Assembly: GCA_963728915.1 (NCBI GenBank)
Contig: CAVSLV010000001.1
Location: forward strand, 1,344,001-1,408,000
Origin: an uncultured Gemmatimonadales bacterium
Lineage (GTDB): Bacteria > Gemmatimonadota > Gemmatimonadetes > Gemmatimonadales > GWC2-71-9
Reading direction: 5' to 3'
DNA length: 64,000 bases
Part shown: positions 18,482 to 28,682 of the stretch, piece by piece
How the letters are laid out: each line of letters begins with the position of its first letter
Numbering within the stretch: the first letter of the stretch is position 1
Program-made: the position numbers and the translations under genes
Notes under the pieces: generated by a model
What the model was told of the DNA's origin: nothing
The model's input: the letters and a program-made list of their open reading frames with translations, nothing else
The model's database searches: none

Positions 18482-19309
18482 ATGAATAACGGCACGGCAT
18501 TGCTTGCCATTGCGGAGCGAGCCGCGTGGAAGGCAGCCGAGTACATCCGATCGGCGGGCACTTCGACCGTCCGACCATCTGACCGTCTGACCGTCCGCGA
18601 CAAGGGCCATCATGACTGGGTCACCGAGGTCGACCGGGAATCGGAGCGGCTGATCGCCGAGGTGCTCCGCGCCGAGACCCCGCGCTCGCATCTCATGGGC
18701 GAAGAAGGAAGCCCGAGCCTCCGGCGCGAGGGTCTGGTCTGGATCGTGGACCCGCTCGACGGCACCACCAACTTCCTGCACGGCTACCCCCAGTTCGCGG
18801 TGTCGATCGCGGCGGCCCGGGACGGGGTGCTGGAGGCGGCGGTGATCGTCGACATAACCCGGGAGTCCTGCTACGGCGCGGTTCGCGGCCAGGGGGCCTG
18901 GTGCGCCGGCGCCCGGCTCCGGGTTTCCCCCACCAGCGAGCCTGACCGTGCCCTCCTCGGCACCGGTTTCCCCTTCAAGCACCTGGACCGCCTCGAAGAG
19001 TATCTGGATCAGTTTCGCACCCTCCTTCCCGCCGCAAGCGGGATCCGGCGCACCGGGGCCGCCGCCCTGGACCTCGCCGACATCGCCCTGGGGCGGCTGG
19101 ACGGGTTCTGGGAGCTCATGCTGGCGCCCTGGGACATCGCCGCGGGACTCCTGCTGATTCGGGAAGCCGGGGGCGTGGCCACCGATCTTTCGGGAAGGAC
19201 CATCGGCGTGGAGCACACCGGTGTGGTCGCGGGGAATCCGGCCATTCATGCCTGGCTGCTGAAGGTGCTCAGGCAGCCTTCGTCAGGATCCGGGGACCTT
19301 CCCGGGTAA
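18482..19309 (+). CDS. suhB: Inositol monophosphatase (SuhB family)
   Basis: DWVTEVD, GEE, WIVDPLDGTTNFLHG, RRTGAAALDL, LAPWDIAAG. Confidence 0.93.
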   Translation: MNNGTALLAIAERAAWKAAEYIRSAGTSTVRPSDRLTVRDKGHHDWVTEVDRESERLIAEVLRAETPRSHLMGEEGSPSLRREGLVWIVDPLDGTTNFLHGYPQFAVSIAAARDGVLEAAVIVDITRESCYGAVRGQGAWCAGARLRVSPTSEPDRALLGTGFPFKHLDRLEEYLDQFRTLLPAASGIRRTGAAALDLADIALGRLDGFWELMLAPWDIAAGLLLIREAGGVATDLSGRTIGVEHTGVVAGNPAIHAWLLKVLRQPSSGSGDLPG

Positions 19310-20024
19310 TAGCGACGGTGTGCTCGAAGTGGGCCGACAGCGAGCCATCCGCCGTCACCACGGTCCATTTGTCGTCGAGCATCCGGGTGGCGTAGTCCCC
19401 CGCGGTGATCATCGGCTCGAGCGCCAGCGTCATGCCCAGCTGGAGCCGGGGCCCGCGATGAGGCTGGCCGTGGTTGGGGACCTGAGGATCCTCGTGCATC
19501 CGCTGACCCACTCCGTGCCCCACCAGCTCCCGCACCACGCCGAACCCCGCGGCTTCCGCGGTTCGCTGGATCGCGTGGCCGATATCGCCCACATGGTTGC
19601 CCAGCCTCGCCTCCGCGATGCCCGCCGTCAGTGCCTCCTGGGTCACGTCGAGCAGCCGCCGGGCTTCAGGCGCGATCTCACCCACCGGGAAGGTGGCCGC
19701 TGAATCGGCATGGTAGCCGTTGAGGTACACCCCGACGTCGATGCTCACGATGTTTCCCTCGCGCAGGATCCGGCGGGGCGAGGGAATGCCGTGCACGATC
19801 TCATCATTGATCGAGATGCAGAGGCTCTTGGGGAAGCCGTAGAGGCCTTTGAAGGAGGGCGTCGCCCCGGGATGGCTCCGGATGAACTTCTCGGCGGCGG
19901 CGTCCAGCGCTTCAGTGGAGATCCCCGGCTCGACCAGTCCGCCGACCAGGGCCAGGGTTCCGGCCACGATGGCTCCTGCGCTGGCCATGAGGTCGATTTC
20001 CCGGGGAGACTTGAGCGTCACCAT
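19269..20024 (-). CDS. map: Methionine aminopeptidase type I
   Basis: CISINDEIVHGIP, DVG..GYHAD, GHGVG..HEDP, ALEPM, SAHFEHT. Confidence 0.97.
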   Translation of the reverse strand: MVTLKSPREIDLMASAGAIVAGTLALVGGLVEPGISTEALDAAAEKFIRSHPGATPSFKGLYGFPKSLCISINDEIVHGIPSPRRILREGNIVSIDVGVYLNGYHADSAATFPVGEIAPEARRLLDVTQEALTAGIAEARLGNHVGDIGHAIQRTAEAAGFGVVRELVGHGVGQRMHEDPQVPNHGQPHRGPRLQLGMTLALEPMITAGDYATRMLDDKWTVVTADGSLSAHFEHTVAITREGPRILTKAA

Positions 20025-20037
20025 GTCCTGCCGCGGT

Positions 20038-20601
20038 TCAAGAGCCGATGGCGTCGCGAACCCGCCGCGCGATCTCCTCCACGGTCCCGATGGCCGGGAT
20101 CCGGGTCACTCCGCCCTGTTGTTCATACCAGTCGAGCACCGGGGCGGTCTGTTCCCGGTAGGCCTTGAGCCGCCGCTCCACCGCCACGGGGTCGTCATCG
20201 CTCCGTCCCTCGACGGTCCTCCGCTTGGCGATCCGGGCGAGGATCTCCGCGTCGGGAACATCGAAGAACAGCACCTGATCCATGCGTCGTCCCTGGGCGG
20301 ACAGCAATCCCGCGACCCCTTCGGCCTGGGGAATGGTCCGGACCACCCCGTCGAAGACGACACCCCGGGAGGCTTCCGGCTTCACCAGCTCTTCCCGGAC
20401 GATCCCCATGATGAGGTCGTCGGCCACGAGGGCCCCGCTATCGTAAACCGCCTTGGCGGCTTTTCCGAGGGTGGTCTGGCGAGCGATGGCGTCGCGGATC
20501 AGATCGCCGGTGGCAAATTTCGGAATCCCGAGTCGCTCGGCGAGGATGGCTCCCTGGGTGCCTTTCCCGGCGCCCGGGGGACCCAGCAGGAGAATGTCCA
20601 T
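20038..20601 (-). CDS. adk: Adenylate kinase (short-LID type)
   Basis: LLGPPGAGKGTQ, TGDLIR, GRSDD; follows secY. Confidence 0.95.
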   Translation of the reverse strand: MDILLLGPPGAGKGTQGAILAERLGIPKFATGDLIRDAIARQTTLGKAAKAVYDSGALVADDLIMGIVREELVKPEASRGVVFDGVVRTIPQAEGVAGLLSAQGRRMDQVLFFDVPDAEILARIAKRRTVEGRSDDDPVAVERRLKAYREQTAPVLDWYEQQGGVTRIPAIGTVEEIARRVRDAIGS

Positions 20602-20613
20602 CTACCGGCAGTC

Positions 20614-20646
20614 TCCTCGCCCCTCACGGCTCGCACCTCGCACCTA
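20614..20646. repeat. Heptamer repeats directly after the secY stop
   Basis: Minus strand TAG gtgcgag gtgcgag ccgtgag gggcgag. Confidence 0.65.
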
Positions 20647-21957
20647 TATGTACCTCTGTTGCCTGCCCCGGAACTTGACCCGACCCGACTTCATGAAGCT
20701 GTCGTATTTCCGGAGCGTGCGGTGCTGCTCGACCTGCGCAATGGTATCGAGCAGCACGCCCACCACGATCAGCACGGAAGTGCCCCCGAACACCGCCTGA
20801 AAGCCGACCCGCTTTGCGATCACGATGGGGAGAATGGCGATGACCGCCAGAAAGATCGCGCCCGGCAGGGTCACCCGCGCCAGCACCCCGTCGATGTAAT
20901 CCGCGGTCGCGGCGCCCGGCTTCACGCCGGGAATGAACCCGCCCTGCTTCTTGAGGTTCTCGGCGAGATCCACCGAGTTGAACACGATCGAGGTGTAGAA
21001 GTAGCTGAACAGCAGGATCATCACCGCGAAGGTCAGGTTGTAGGCCCATCCCCCCGGCTGAAAGATCGCGGCCAGGTCGGCCAGGAAGGGGCTCTTGGTG
21101 AAATTGGCAATGGTGCCCGGCACGATGATGATGGTCTGGGCGAATACGATCGGCATCACCCCGGCCGTAATCAGCCGGATCGGGATGAACGTCTTCTGAC
21201 CTTCGCGGATCCGGCCCCGCCCCATCACCTTGCGGGGAATCTGGATCGGAATCCGCCGGGCCGCGATGGTCATCGCCACGACGGCGGCAATGGCCGCCAC
21301 CGCCACCAGGATGAGGAACACCGCGCCGCTGATCGAGACCACGTTGGTCTTGATCGAATTGATCAGCTGGAAGCTGGCGGGCCAGAGGCGCTCCATGATC
21401 GACACGGCGATGAGCATGCTCATCCCGTTGCCGATCCCGCGTTCGGTGATCTGCTCCCCGAGCCACATCACGAAGATCGCGCCCGCGGTCAGGGTGAAGA
21501 CCATGGTGAGCCGGGAGGCGAAGCCCGGATTCACCATCGCGCCGGGAATGCCCTCGGTGAAGAGGGTGAAGGTGTACGCCTGGGAAAAGGCGATGAAGAT
21601 CGTCATGTAGCGGGTCCACTGGGTGAGCCGTTTCCGGCCCTCCTCTTCCTTCTGCATCTTGCTGACCGTCGGCACCAGCCCGCCCGCCAGCTGGAAGATG
21701 ATCGACGCCGAGATGTACGGCATGATGCCGAGCGCAAAGATGGTCGCCCGGTAGAGACCGCCGCCCAGGGCGTCGTACAGGTTGAAAAAGCCCTGGGCCG
21801 CCGAGTTCTGAATGTAGGCAACCAGCGCCGCCGGGTTGACCCCCGGGGCGGTGATGTGCGCGCCGATCCGGTAGATCAGAATCGCGAGCAGGGTGAAGAG
21901 CAGCTTGTTCTTGAGCTCTTCGTCGATCCCCAGCGATGGAACCTTGGGTGCGGTCAC
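20644..21957 (-). CDS. secY: Preprotein translocase SecY
   Basis: FALGIMPYISASII, WLGEQITERGIGNG, AENLKKQGGFIPG, FGGTSVLIVVGV. Confidence 0.98.
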   Translation of the reverse strand: MTAPKVPSLGIDEELKNKLLFTLLAILIYRIGAHITAPGVNPAALVAYIQNSAAQGFFNLYDALGGGLYRATIFALGIMPYISASIIFQLAGGLVPTVSKMQKEEEGRKRLTQWTRYMTIFIAFSQAYTFTLFTEGIPGAMVNPGFASRLTMVFTLTAGAIFVMWLGEQITERGIGNGMSMLIAVSIMERLWPASFQLINSIKTNVVSISGAVFLILVAVAAIAAVVAMTIAARRIPIQIPRKVMGRGRIREGQKTFIPIRLITAGVMPIVFAQTIIIVPGTIANFTKSPFLADLAAIFQPGGWAYNLTFAVMILLFSYFYTSIVFNSVDLAENLKKQGGFIPGVKPGAATADYIDGVLARVTLPGAIFLAVIAILPIVIAKRVGFQAVFGGTSVLIVVGVLLDTIAQVEQHRTLRKYDSFMKSGRVKFRGRQQRYI

Positions 21958-22403
21958 TCCTCCTCGATCCTCCCGCCCGCGGCCTCGATCTTGGCCCGGG
22001 CCTGTGCCGAAAGCTGAACCCCCTTGACGGTGTAGGCCCGCTCGGCCTCCCCGGTCGCGAGCAGCTTGACCGGCTGCTGGGGCCGGCCGATCAGCCCCGC
22101 GGCGAACAGGGTCTCGGGAGTGAGCTCGGTGACCCCGACCTTGGCGAGCTGCCGGAGGTTCACGGTCTGCGACCGCACCTGGAAGGGATTGGTGAAGCCG
22201 CGCTTGGGCAGCCGGCGATACATCGGCATCTGCCCACCTTCGAAGCCCGGATTGGTCCCGCCGCCGGTGCGCGCCTTGTGGCCCTTGTGGCCTTTGCCCG
22301 CGGTCTTGCCCAGGCCCGAGCCAACGCCTCGCCCCAGTCGCTTCCGGGAACGATGAGAGCCCTTGGCCGGGCGCAGATTCGAAAGAGTGATCTTCTCAGT
22401 CAT
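21954..22403 (-). CDS. rplO: 50S ribosomal protein L15
   Basis: RLGRGVGSGLGKTAGKGHKG, GFEGGQMP. Confidence 0.98.
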   Translation of the reverse strand: MTEKITLSNLRPAKGSHRSRKRLGRGVGSGLGKTAGKGHKGHKARTGGGTNPGFEGGQMPMYRRLPKRGFTNPFQVRSQTVNLRQLAKVGVTELTPETLFAAGLIGRPQQPVKLLATGEAERAYTVKGVQLSAQARAKIEAAGGRIEEE

Positions 22404-22651
22404 ACGCCTTCCACTTTCACCAGGTGCCGCACCTTCACCAGCATGCCCCGCACTGAGCCGTTGTTCGGCAGCTCAACCGTCATCTGGTGCTTCATCAGCC
22501 CGAGCGAGTGGAGGGTTCTCCGCATCGTTTCGGCATGCCCAATGCCGGACCGGATCTGGGTGACCCGGATTCGCGCCGCCTCCTGCTCGGACGGGATGGT
22601 CGCGGCATGATAGGCCGGACCCTGTCGTCCAACCACCGGGTTCCGCCCCAT
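22400..22651 (-). CDS. rpmD: 50S ribosomal protein L30 with N-terminal extension
   Basis: IRVTQIRSGIG..TLHSLGL..RGMLVKVRHLV; AGGAGG SD before ATG 22651. Confidence 0.9.
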   Translation of the reverse strand: MGRNPVVGRQGPAYHAATIPSEQEAARIRVTQIRSGIGHAETMRRTLHSLGLMKHQMTVELPNNGSVRGMLVKVRHLVKVEGV

Positions 22652-22652
22652 C

Positions 22653-23336
22653 TCAGGACCTCCTTCCCGGAGAAATTTCCTGCCGGGCCCGGTACTGGAG
22701 TCCATCCACCTCGATCTGACGCTCCCGCGCAACCTGGGCGACCGACACCAGCGAGCGCAAACCGTCCATCGTGGCGCGCACCATGTTGTGTGGATTGGTG
22801 GAGCCCAGGCTCTTGGTCAGGATATCGGTGATCCCGGCGCATTCCAGGACCGCCCGGACCGGGCCCCCCGCTATGACGCCGGTTCCGGTCGCCGCCGGCT
22901 TGAGCAGCACTCGCCCCGCACCGTGGCGACCCAGCACCTCGTGGGGGATGGTCGTCCCGGTCCGGGGCACCTCCGCCATGGAACGCTTGGCCGCGTCCAC
23001 CGCCTTGCGAACCGCCTCGGAGACTTCATTCGCCTTCCCGGTCGCGAGACCGACCCGGCCCTTGCCGTCGCCTACCGCGACCAGCGCATTGAACGAGAAC
23101 CGCCGGCCGCCCTTGACCACTTTGGCGACCCGGTTGATGTCCACCACTTTCTCGACGAATTCGCTTCCCGCCTCATCACGGCCCCGGTCCCGGCGCGGTC
23201 CCCGGTCACCCCGGGAACGCTCTCCGCCCCGGCCCCCTCGACCCCGGCCGCGCCGTGCGGGCGCCTCCTGAGTCGTGGTGGTGGGTTCTTCGGTTCCGCC
23301 GACCGGTTCGGCCGTCGACTGTTCCTGTTCAGCCAT
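22653..23336 (-). CDS. rpsE: 30S ribosomal protein S5
   Basis: [24 protein letters not shown]; long N-terminal extension. Confidence 0.98.
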   Translation of the reverse strand: MAEQEQSTAEPVGGTEEPTTTTQEAPARRGRGRGGRGGERSRGDRGPRRDRGRDEAGSEFVEKVVDINRVAKVVKGGRRFSFNALVAVGDGKGRVGLATGKANEVSEAVRKAVDAAKRSMAEVPRTGTTIPHEVLGRHGAGRVLLKPAATGTGVIAGGPVRAVLECAGITDILTKSLGSTNPHNMVRATMDGLRSLVSVAQVARERQIEVDGLQYRARQEISPGRRS

Positions 23337-23338
23337 GC

Positions 23339-23710
23339 TTACAGCTCCAATCCGCCCTCGCGGGCCCCTTCGGCGACGGCCTGGACCCGGCCGTGATACT
23401 TGTACCCGGCGCGGTCGAAGACCACCCGGGTGATGCCCTGCGCCTTGGCGCGGGTCGCGAGCAGCTTCCCCACCGCCTTCGCCCGTGCCACCTTGCCCTG
23501 CCCATCGGACGTGATACCCTCGGTGGTATCGCTGACGCCGAGCAGGGTGGTGCCGCGATCGTCATCGACCAGCCGGCCGTAGATGTGCTTGAGCGAGCGA
23601 AAGACCACCAACCGGGGACGCTCCCCGGTGCCCTGCACCCGCTTGCGGACCCGAAGGTGCCGGCGATAGCGCCGCTCTTCCCGGGTTCTCGGCGAATGAA
23701 TCGCACGCAT
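23339..23710 (-). CDS. rplR: 50S ribosomal protein L18
   Basis: [28 protein letters not shown]. Confidence 0.97.
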   Translation of the reverse strand: MRAIHSPRTREERRYRRHLRVRKRVQGTGERPRLVVFRSLKHIYGRLVDDDRGTTLLGVSDTTEGITSDGQGKVARAKAVGKLLATRAKAQGITRVVFDRAGYKYHGRVQAVAEGAREGGLEL

Positions 23711-24249
23711 CACTTCGCTCCTGTCTTGCCGGCTTTGCGGCGTACCCGCTCACCCTGGTAGCGGATCCCCTTGCCCTTGTAGGGCTCCGGCGGCCGGATC
23801 TGGCGGAGCTCCGAGGCGACCTGGCCCACCAGCTCCTTGTCGGCTCCGCTGATCTTGATCACCGTGTTCGCCTCGATGGCGAAGGTGATTCCCTTGGGCG
23901 CCCGATACTGCACCGGATGGGAGAAGCCCACGTGGACCGTGATCCCGTCCTTATTGGCTTCGGCCTTGTAGCCGACGCCCTGGATTTCCAGGGTCTTCTG
24001 GTACCCGTTGGTCACTCCCTCGACCATGTTGGCAACCAGGGTACGGGTCAGGCCATGCAGGGCCTTGTGCCGTGGCTCGTCGCTGGGCCGGTCCACCTGG
24101 ACCTGGTTGTTTTCGATGCGCACGCCCAGCTCGCGATGGAGGTTCCGAAAGAGCTCCCCTTTGGGGCCCTTGATCCGCAGAACACTCCCATCGATCGCGG
24201 CGCTGACGCCACTGGGGAGAGCAACAGGCTTTTTTCCGATTCGTGACAT
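23710..24249 (-). CDS. rplF: 50S ribosomal protein L6
   Basis: [21 protein letters not shown]. Confidence 0.98.
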   Translation of the reverse strand: MSRIGKKPVALPSGVSAAIDGSVLRIKGPKGELFRNLHRELGVRIENNQVQVDRPSDEPRHKALHGLTRTLVANMVEGVTNGYQKTLEIQGVGYKAEANKDGITVHVGFSHPVQYRAPKGITFAIEANTVIKISGADKELVGQVASELRQIRPPEPYKGKGIRYQGERVRRKAGKTGAK

Positions 24250-24270
24250 GGTCTATTTCCTGATATCTGT

Positions 24271-24349
24271 TGGGAGGTTTGGAGGATTGGAAGCGGGGAG
24301 ACTGAAACTCCGCCTGCCCTCCTGTCCTCCTATCCTCCGGTCCTTTCCG
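24271..24349. repeat. Octamer tandem-repeat hairpin between rpsH and rplF
   Basis: Minus strand after TAG: gaccggag gataggag gacaggag ggcaggcg .. cccgcttc caatcctc caaacctc. Confidence 0.7.
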
Positions 24350-24745
24350 CTACCACACCACCGCCAGCAACTCGCCCCCCAGATTCGCCGCTCGCGCCTG
24401 GCGGTCCGACATGAGACCCTTGGGCGTGGACACGATCGCGATGCCGAGCCCGTTGCGAACCCGGGGAATCTCCCGCGACTTGACGTAGCGGCGGAGTCCC
24501 GGCGAGGAAACCCGGCGCAGCTCCCGGATCACCGGCTGTTCTTCGTGGTAGCGCAGGTACAGCCGGAGGACGCCCCGGCCGCCGTCATCGAGCGATTTGA
24601 AATCGGCGACGAAGTGGTTCTCCGCCAGGATCCGCGCCAACTGTTCCTTGAGCTTGGATCGGGGAATGTCGACCCGCCGGTGGCCGGCTGCACAGGCATT
24701 CCGGATCCGGGTCAGCATGTCCGCTACAGGGTCTGTCATGCTCAT
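24350..24745 (-). CDS. rpsH: 30S ribosomal protein S8
   Basis: MTDPVADMLTRIRN, SSPGLRRY, GLGIAIVSTPKG. Confidence 0.98.
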   Translation of the reverse strand: MSMTDPVADMLTRIRNACAAGHRRVDIPRSKLKEQLARILAENHFVADFKSLDDGGRGVLRLYLRYHEEQPVIRELRRVSSPGLRRYVKSREIPRVRNGLGIAIVSTPKGLMSDRQARAANLGGELLAVVW

Positions 24746-24752
24746 GCGTTCC

Positions 24753-24938
24753 TCACCAGCTGGCTTTGCGCACGCCGGGGATGTGCCCCTTGAGTGCGAG
24801 TTCGCGGAAACAGATCCGGCACAGGCCGAACTTCCGGAGCACCGCTCGCTGGCGGCCGCACCGCTGGCAGCGGCGCACTCTCCGGGTCGAGAATTTCGGG
24901 GTTCGCTTGGCGCGTTCGATCCATGCTGTCTTCGCCAT
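24753..24938 (-). CDS. rpsN: 30S ribosomal protein S14 type Z (Zn-binding)
   Basis: [22 protein letters not shown]. Confidence 0.97.
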   Translation of the reverse strand: MAKTAWIERAKRTPKFSTRRVRRCQRCGRQRAVLRKFGLCRICFRELALKGHIPGVRKASW

Positions 24939-24955
24939 CCACTACTCCTTATTCG

Positions 24956-25693
24956 CTATGCCTGATTTGCCGCTATGGTCGGCTGGGGAGTTTCCCCGCG
25001 AAACGGCCATCCCATTTCTCTGAGCAGTCCCATCGCCAGGTCGTCCCGCGGCGCGGTGGTCACGATCGTGATGTCCATGCCGTGGATCTTCTCGACCTTG
25101 TCGTAATCCACTTCGGGAAAGATCAGCTGCTCCTTGATCCCGAAGGTGTAGCTCCCCCGCCCATCGAAGCTCTTGTTGGGGAGCCCGCGGAAGTCGCGGA
25201 CCCGGGGCACCGCCAGGGAGATGAACCGGTCCAGGAACTCGTACATCCGGGGGCCTCGCAGCGTGACCCGGGCGCCGACCGGCACTCCGGCCCGGATGCC
25301 GAAGTTCGCGATCGACTTCTTGGACCGGGTCACCACCGGCTTCTGCCCGGTGATCGCGGTCAGCTCCGCCAGCGCCGCCTCGAGCTGCTTGGCGTTCTTC
25401 GAGGCGTCTCCCATGCCCACGTTGAGCACGATCTTCTCGATCCGGGGAATCTGATGGGGATTCTGGAGACCGAACTGCTTCATGAGCCGGCCCCGCACCG
25501 TGTTGGTGTAGTAGGCCTGCAGCCGCGGCATGCCATCACGCACCTTCGGCGTGGGGTCGGTGACGCCGCCCGCGCCTTTGTCCTTCCCCTTGCCGCCCTT
25601 GGCCGGGGCGCCGCCCTTGCCCCCTTTGGGCGCGGCCTTCGCGGCCGGGGCCTTCTCGGGCGCCGGCGCGGCGGCGTTGGTTGGTTCGCTCAT
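24956..25693 (-). CDS. rplE: 50S ribosomal protein L5 with N-terminal extension
   Basis: [28 protein letters not shown]. Confidence 0.97.
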   Translation of the reverse strand: MSEPTNAAAPAPEKAPAAKAAPKGGKGGAPAKGGKGKDKGAGGVTDPTPKVRDGMPRLQAYYTNTVRGRLMKQFGLQNPHQIPRIEKIVLNVGMGDASKNAKQLEAALAELTAITGQKPVVTRSKKSIANFGIRAGVPVGARVTLRGPRMYEFLDRFISLAVPRVRDFRGLPNKSFDGRGSYTFGIKEQLIFPEVDYDKVEKIHGMDITIVTTAPRDDLAMGLLREMGWPFRGETPQPTIAANQA

Positions 25694-26074
25694 CTATCGA
25701 TTCCTCGCAATCGCCTGGCCTGACTTGGCCGCGATCCGCTCCATAGTGCCGTCCTTGTCGATCCGCCGGCGCACCCGGGTCGGCTCGCCGCCCTTGGGAT
25801 CGAGCAGCATCACCTTCGAGTGGTGGATCGGGGCCGGGAACTGCACGATGCCGGCCTCGGTGTTCTGGGTCGCTTTCTTGTGGCGCTTCACCACGTTCAC
25901 GCCTTCGATCGTCACCCGGCCGGTCTTGGGATAGACCCGGAGCACCCGGGCCCGCTTGCCCTTGTCGTCACCCGAGATCACCTGGACCATGTCGCCCTTG
26001 GTGACGTGGAGCTTGAACCGGCGCTTGGGCTGGTGGCGGAGCCGCTGCCGCTTCTTGAAGACCAACGGCTTCAT
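25694..26074 (-). CDS. rplX: 50S ribosomal protein L24
   Basis: [18 protein letters not shown] motif, [12 protein letters not shown]. Confidence 0.96.
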   Translation of the reverse strand: MKPLVFKKRQRLRHQPKRRFKLHVTKGDMVQVISGDDKGKRARVLRVYPKTGRVTIEGVNVVKRHKKATQNTEAGIVQFPAPIHHSKVMLLDPKGGEPTRVRRRIDKDGTMERIAAKSGQAIARNR

Positions 26075-26075
26075 G

Positions 26076-26444
26076 TCAGATCACCTCCGGCGCGAGCGAC
26101 ACGATCTTCATGTACTTCTTGTCGCGCAGCTCGCGCGCGACCGGGCCGAAGATCCGGGTGGCCCGCGGCTCTCCGGCATCGTTGATCAGCACCGCGGCGT
26201 TCTCGTCGAACCGGATGTAGGTCCCGTCCTTGCGGCGGGTCTCCTTCGCGGTCCGGACGATCACCGCCTTCGCGACGTCACCTTTCTTGACCTGGCCCGT
26301 GGGGATGGCGTCCTTCACCGCGACCACCACCACGTCGCCTAACCCGGCATAGCGGCGCTTCGAGCCGCCGAGCACCCGGATCACGAGCGCCCGCCGGGCC
26401 CCCGAATTGTCCGCGATCCTGAGGATCGTCTCCTGCTGCACCAT
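26076..26444 (-). CDS. rplN: 50S ribosomal protein L14
   Basis: [25 protein letters not shown]. Confidence 0.98.
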   Translation of the reverse strand: MVQQETILRIADNSGARRALVIRVLGGSKRRYAGLGDVVVVAVKDAIPTGQVKKGDVAKAVIVRTAKETRRKDGTYIRFDENAAVLINDAGEPRATRIFGPVARELRDKKYMKIVSLAPEVI

Positions 26445-26458
26445 GGCGGCTCTCTCCC

Positions 26459-26725
26459 TTACTTGGCCCGCTCGAGGATCTCGGCGACCCGCCAGCGCAC
26501 CGTCTTGGCGATCGGCCGGGTCTCCATGATCCGGACGGTATCGCCGGTCCGGGCGCCCAGCTCGTTGCGCGCCTTGACCAGCTTGCTCCGGGTGATCTGC
26601 TTCCCGTACACCGGGTGCGCGAACCGGCGGGTGAGCAGCACGCTCACCGTCTTGGTCATCTTGTCGCTGTGCACCACGCCCGTGCGGCTCTTGCGCTGAC
26701 GGCGGGGCTTCTCGGTCGTTGCCAT
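26459..26725 (-). CDS. rpsQ: 30S ribosomal protein S17
   Basis: [28 protein letters not shown]; start chosen by GAGG spacing. Confidence 0.96.
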   Translation of the reverse strand: MATTEKPRRQRKSRTGVVHSDKMTKTVSVLLTRRFAHPVYGKQITRSKLVKARNELGARTGDTVRIMETRPIAKTVRWRVAEILERAK

Positions 26726-26737
26726 AGTCATTCCTCG

Positions 26738-26947
26738 TTAGGCCTGCCGCGGACTCCGCTTCTCGCGGAGCACCGTTTCCAGCCGGGCGATCTCCCGGCG
26801 CAGCATCCGGAAACGCATCGGGTTGTCGATCGCCTCGGTGGCCGACCGGAACCGCAGCCGGAACTCTTCCTCCCGCGCCTCGGTGAGCTTCCCCTCGAGC
26901 TGTTCGAGCGAGAGCTCCCGGAGCTCCCGCGGCTTCGTGATCGGCAT
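26738..26947 (-). CDS. rpmC: 50S ribosomal protein L29
   Basis: [21 protein letters not shown]; position in S10 operon. Confidence 0.94.
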   Translation of the reverse strand: MPITKPRELRELSLEQLEGKLTEAREEEFRLRFRSATEAIDNPMRFRMLRREIARLETVLREKRSPRQA

Positions 26948-26949
26948 CG

Positions 26950-27363
26950 TCACACCTCCGAGCGCCGGACGATCTTGGTCTTGACCGGCAGCTTCGCGGC
27001 GGCCAGGTCGAACGCCTTCTTGGCAAGCTCCGGCGTCACTCCGTCCACCTCGAACAGAATCCGGGCCGGTTTGACCACCGCCACCCAGCCCTCCGGATTC
27101 CCCTTGCCCTTCCCCATCCGGGTTTCCGCCGGCTTCTTGGTGATCGGCTTGTCCGGAAAGATCCGGATCCACACCTTCCCGCCTCGCTTCATTTCCCGGG
27201 TCATCGCGACCCGCGAGGCCTCGATCTGCCGGTTGGTGATCCAGCCCGGCTCGAGCGACATGAGCCCGAACTCACCGAACGCCAGCGTATTCCCCCGCGT
27301 GGCGATCCCCCGGGTTTTCCCCTTGAAGGTCTTCCGGAACTTGATCCGCTTCGGCGCCAGCAT
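26950..27363 (-). CDS. rplP: 50S ribosomal protein L16
   Basis: [33 protein letters not shown]. Confidence 0.98.
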   Translation of the reverse strand: MLAPKRIKFRKTFKGKTRGIATRGNTLAFGEFGLMSLEPGWITNRQIEASRVAMTREMKRGGKVWIRIFPDKPITKKPAETRMGKGKGNPEGWVAVVKPARILFEVDGVTPELAKKAFDLAAAKLPVKTKIVRRSEV

Positions 27364-27366
27364 GAC

Positions 27367-28026
27367 TCAGCTTCCCGTGCTGTAGGTGCGGCCGCTCAGG
27401 TCTTCCACCACCTCACCCTTGAAGATCCAGACCTTGATCCCGATGGTCCCGTAGGTCGTCTTGGCGGTGCTGGTGGCGTAGTCGATGTCGGCTCGCAGGG
27501 TGTGGAGCGGGACCCGCCCCTCGTGATACCCCTCGGTCCGTGCGATCTCCGCGCCGCCCAGGCGCCCCGACGCCCTGAGCTTGATGCCCTGGGCGCCCAT
27601 CCGCATCGAGCTCTGAATCGCCCGCTTCATGGCCCGGCGGAACGAAATCCGCTGTTCCAGCTGGTGGGCAATGTTGTCGGCCACCAGCTGGGCCGAGGTT
27701 TCCGGGCGCTTGATCTCCTCGACGTTGATCGCGGCTTCCTTCCCGGTGAGCTGGGCCAGCTCGTCCCGCAGCTTGTCGACCTCGGCGCCCTTCTTCCCGA
27801 TCACCACGCCGGGCCGCCCGGTATGAATGGTGACCGTGACCTTCTGGGGCCGCCGCTCGATGTGAATCTCGGCGATCGCCGCATGACCCAACCGGGTCAG
27901 CAGGTATTTCCGGACCAGCTCGTCTTCCTTGAGCAGGGCCGGCAGGTCCTTGGACGCGAAGTAGCGGGACACCCACGGCTTCACGATGCCGAGGCGGAAC
28001 CCGATCGGATTGGTCTTCTGGCCCAT
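27367..28026 (-). CDS. rpsC: 30S ribosomal protein S3
   Basis: [27 protein letters not shown]. Confidence 0.98.
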   Translation of the reverse strand: MGQKTNPIGFRLGIVKPWVSRYFASKDLPALLKEDELVRKYLLTRLGHAAIAEIHIERRPQKVTVTIHTGRPGVVIGKKGAEVDKLRDELAQLTGKEAAINVEEIKRPETSAQLVADNIAHQLEQRISFRRAMKRAIQSSMRMGAQGIKLRASGRLGGAEIARTEGYHEGRVPLHTLRADIDYATSTAKTTYGTIGIKVWIFKGEVVEDLSGRTYSTGS

Positions 28027-28385
28027 CAGTCTTCCTCTTTCGTCTTCACGTGGATCTCCACGTGGCTGGTCCGCTTCATGATCGGGGTCCCCCGGCCCTG
28101 GGCTGCCGCGTGCATCCGCTTGAGCGGCTGGCCCCCGTTCACGACCGCCTTGCTCACCATGAGCTCGTCCAGGTCGAAGGCCTCCTTCGCGCCGAGCGCT
28201 TTCTGCTCCGCGTTGGCCACCGCGCTCTTGAGCGTTTTCGCGATCTGCTTGGCGGCGTACTTCTTGTTGAATTTCAGAATCGCGTACGCGGAGTTCACGT
28301 CCTGACCCCGAATGAGATCGGCCACCAGCCGCATCTTCCGCGGCGACTGGCGCACCCCTCGCTGAATCGCGTGTCCTTCGGCCAT
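28026..28385 (-). CDS. rplV: 50S ribosomal protein L22
   Basis: [26 protein letters not shown]. Confidence 0.97.
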   Translation of the reverse strand: MAEGHAIQRGVRQSPRKMRLVADLIRGQDVNSAYAILKFNKKYAAKQIAKTLKSAVANAEQKALGAKEAFDLDELMVSKAVVNGGQPLKRMHAAAQGRGTPIMKRTSHVEIHVKTKEED

Positions 28386-28388
28386 GGG

Positions 28389-28679
28389 CTACTCCGGCTT
28401 CGCTTTCTTGTCGGCCACCAGCTTGCCGCTGTGGCCCTTGAAGGTCCGGGTCGGCGAGAACTCGCCCAGCTTGTGGCCCACCATGTTCTCGGTGACATAC
28501 ACCGGGACGAACTTGTTCCCGTTATGCACCGCGAAGGTGTGGCCCACGAACTCGGGCAGGATCGTGCTGGCCCGGCTCCAGGTCTTGATCACGCGCTTGT
28601 CGTTCTTCGAGTTGAGGATCTGCACCTTGGTGAGCAGCCTCTCCTGAACGAACGGTCCCTTCTTGACGCTTCGTGCCAT
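28389..28679 (-). CDS. rpsS: 30S ribosomal protein S19
   Basis: [22 protein letters not shown]. Confidence 0.98.
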   Translation of the reverse strand: MARSVKKGPFVQERLLTKVQILNSKNDKRVIKTWSRASTILPEFVGHTFAVHNGNKFVPVYVTENMVGHKLGEFSPTRTFKGHSGKLVADKKAKPE

Positions 28680-28682
28680 CGG

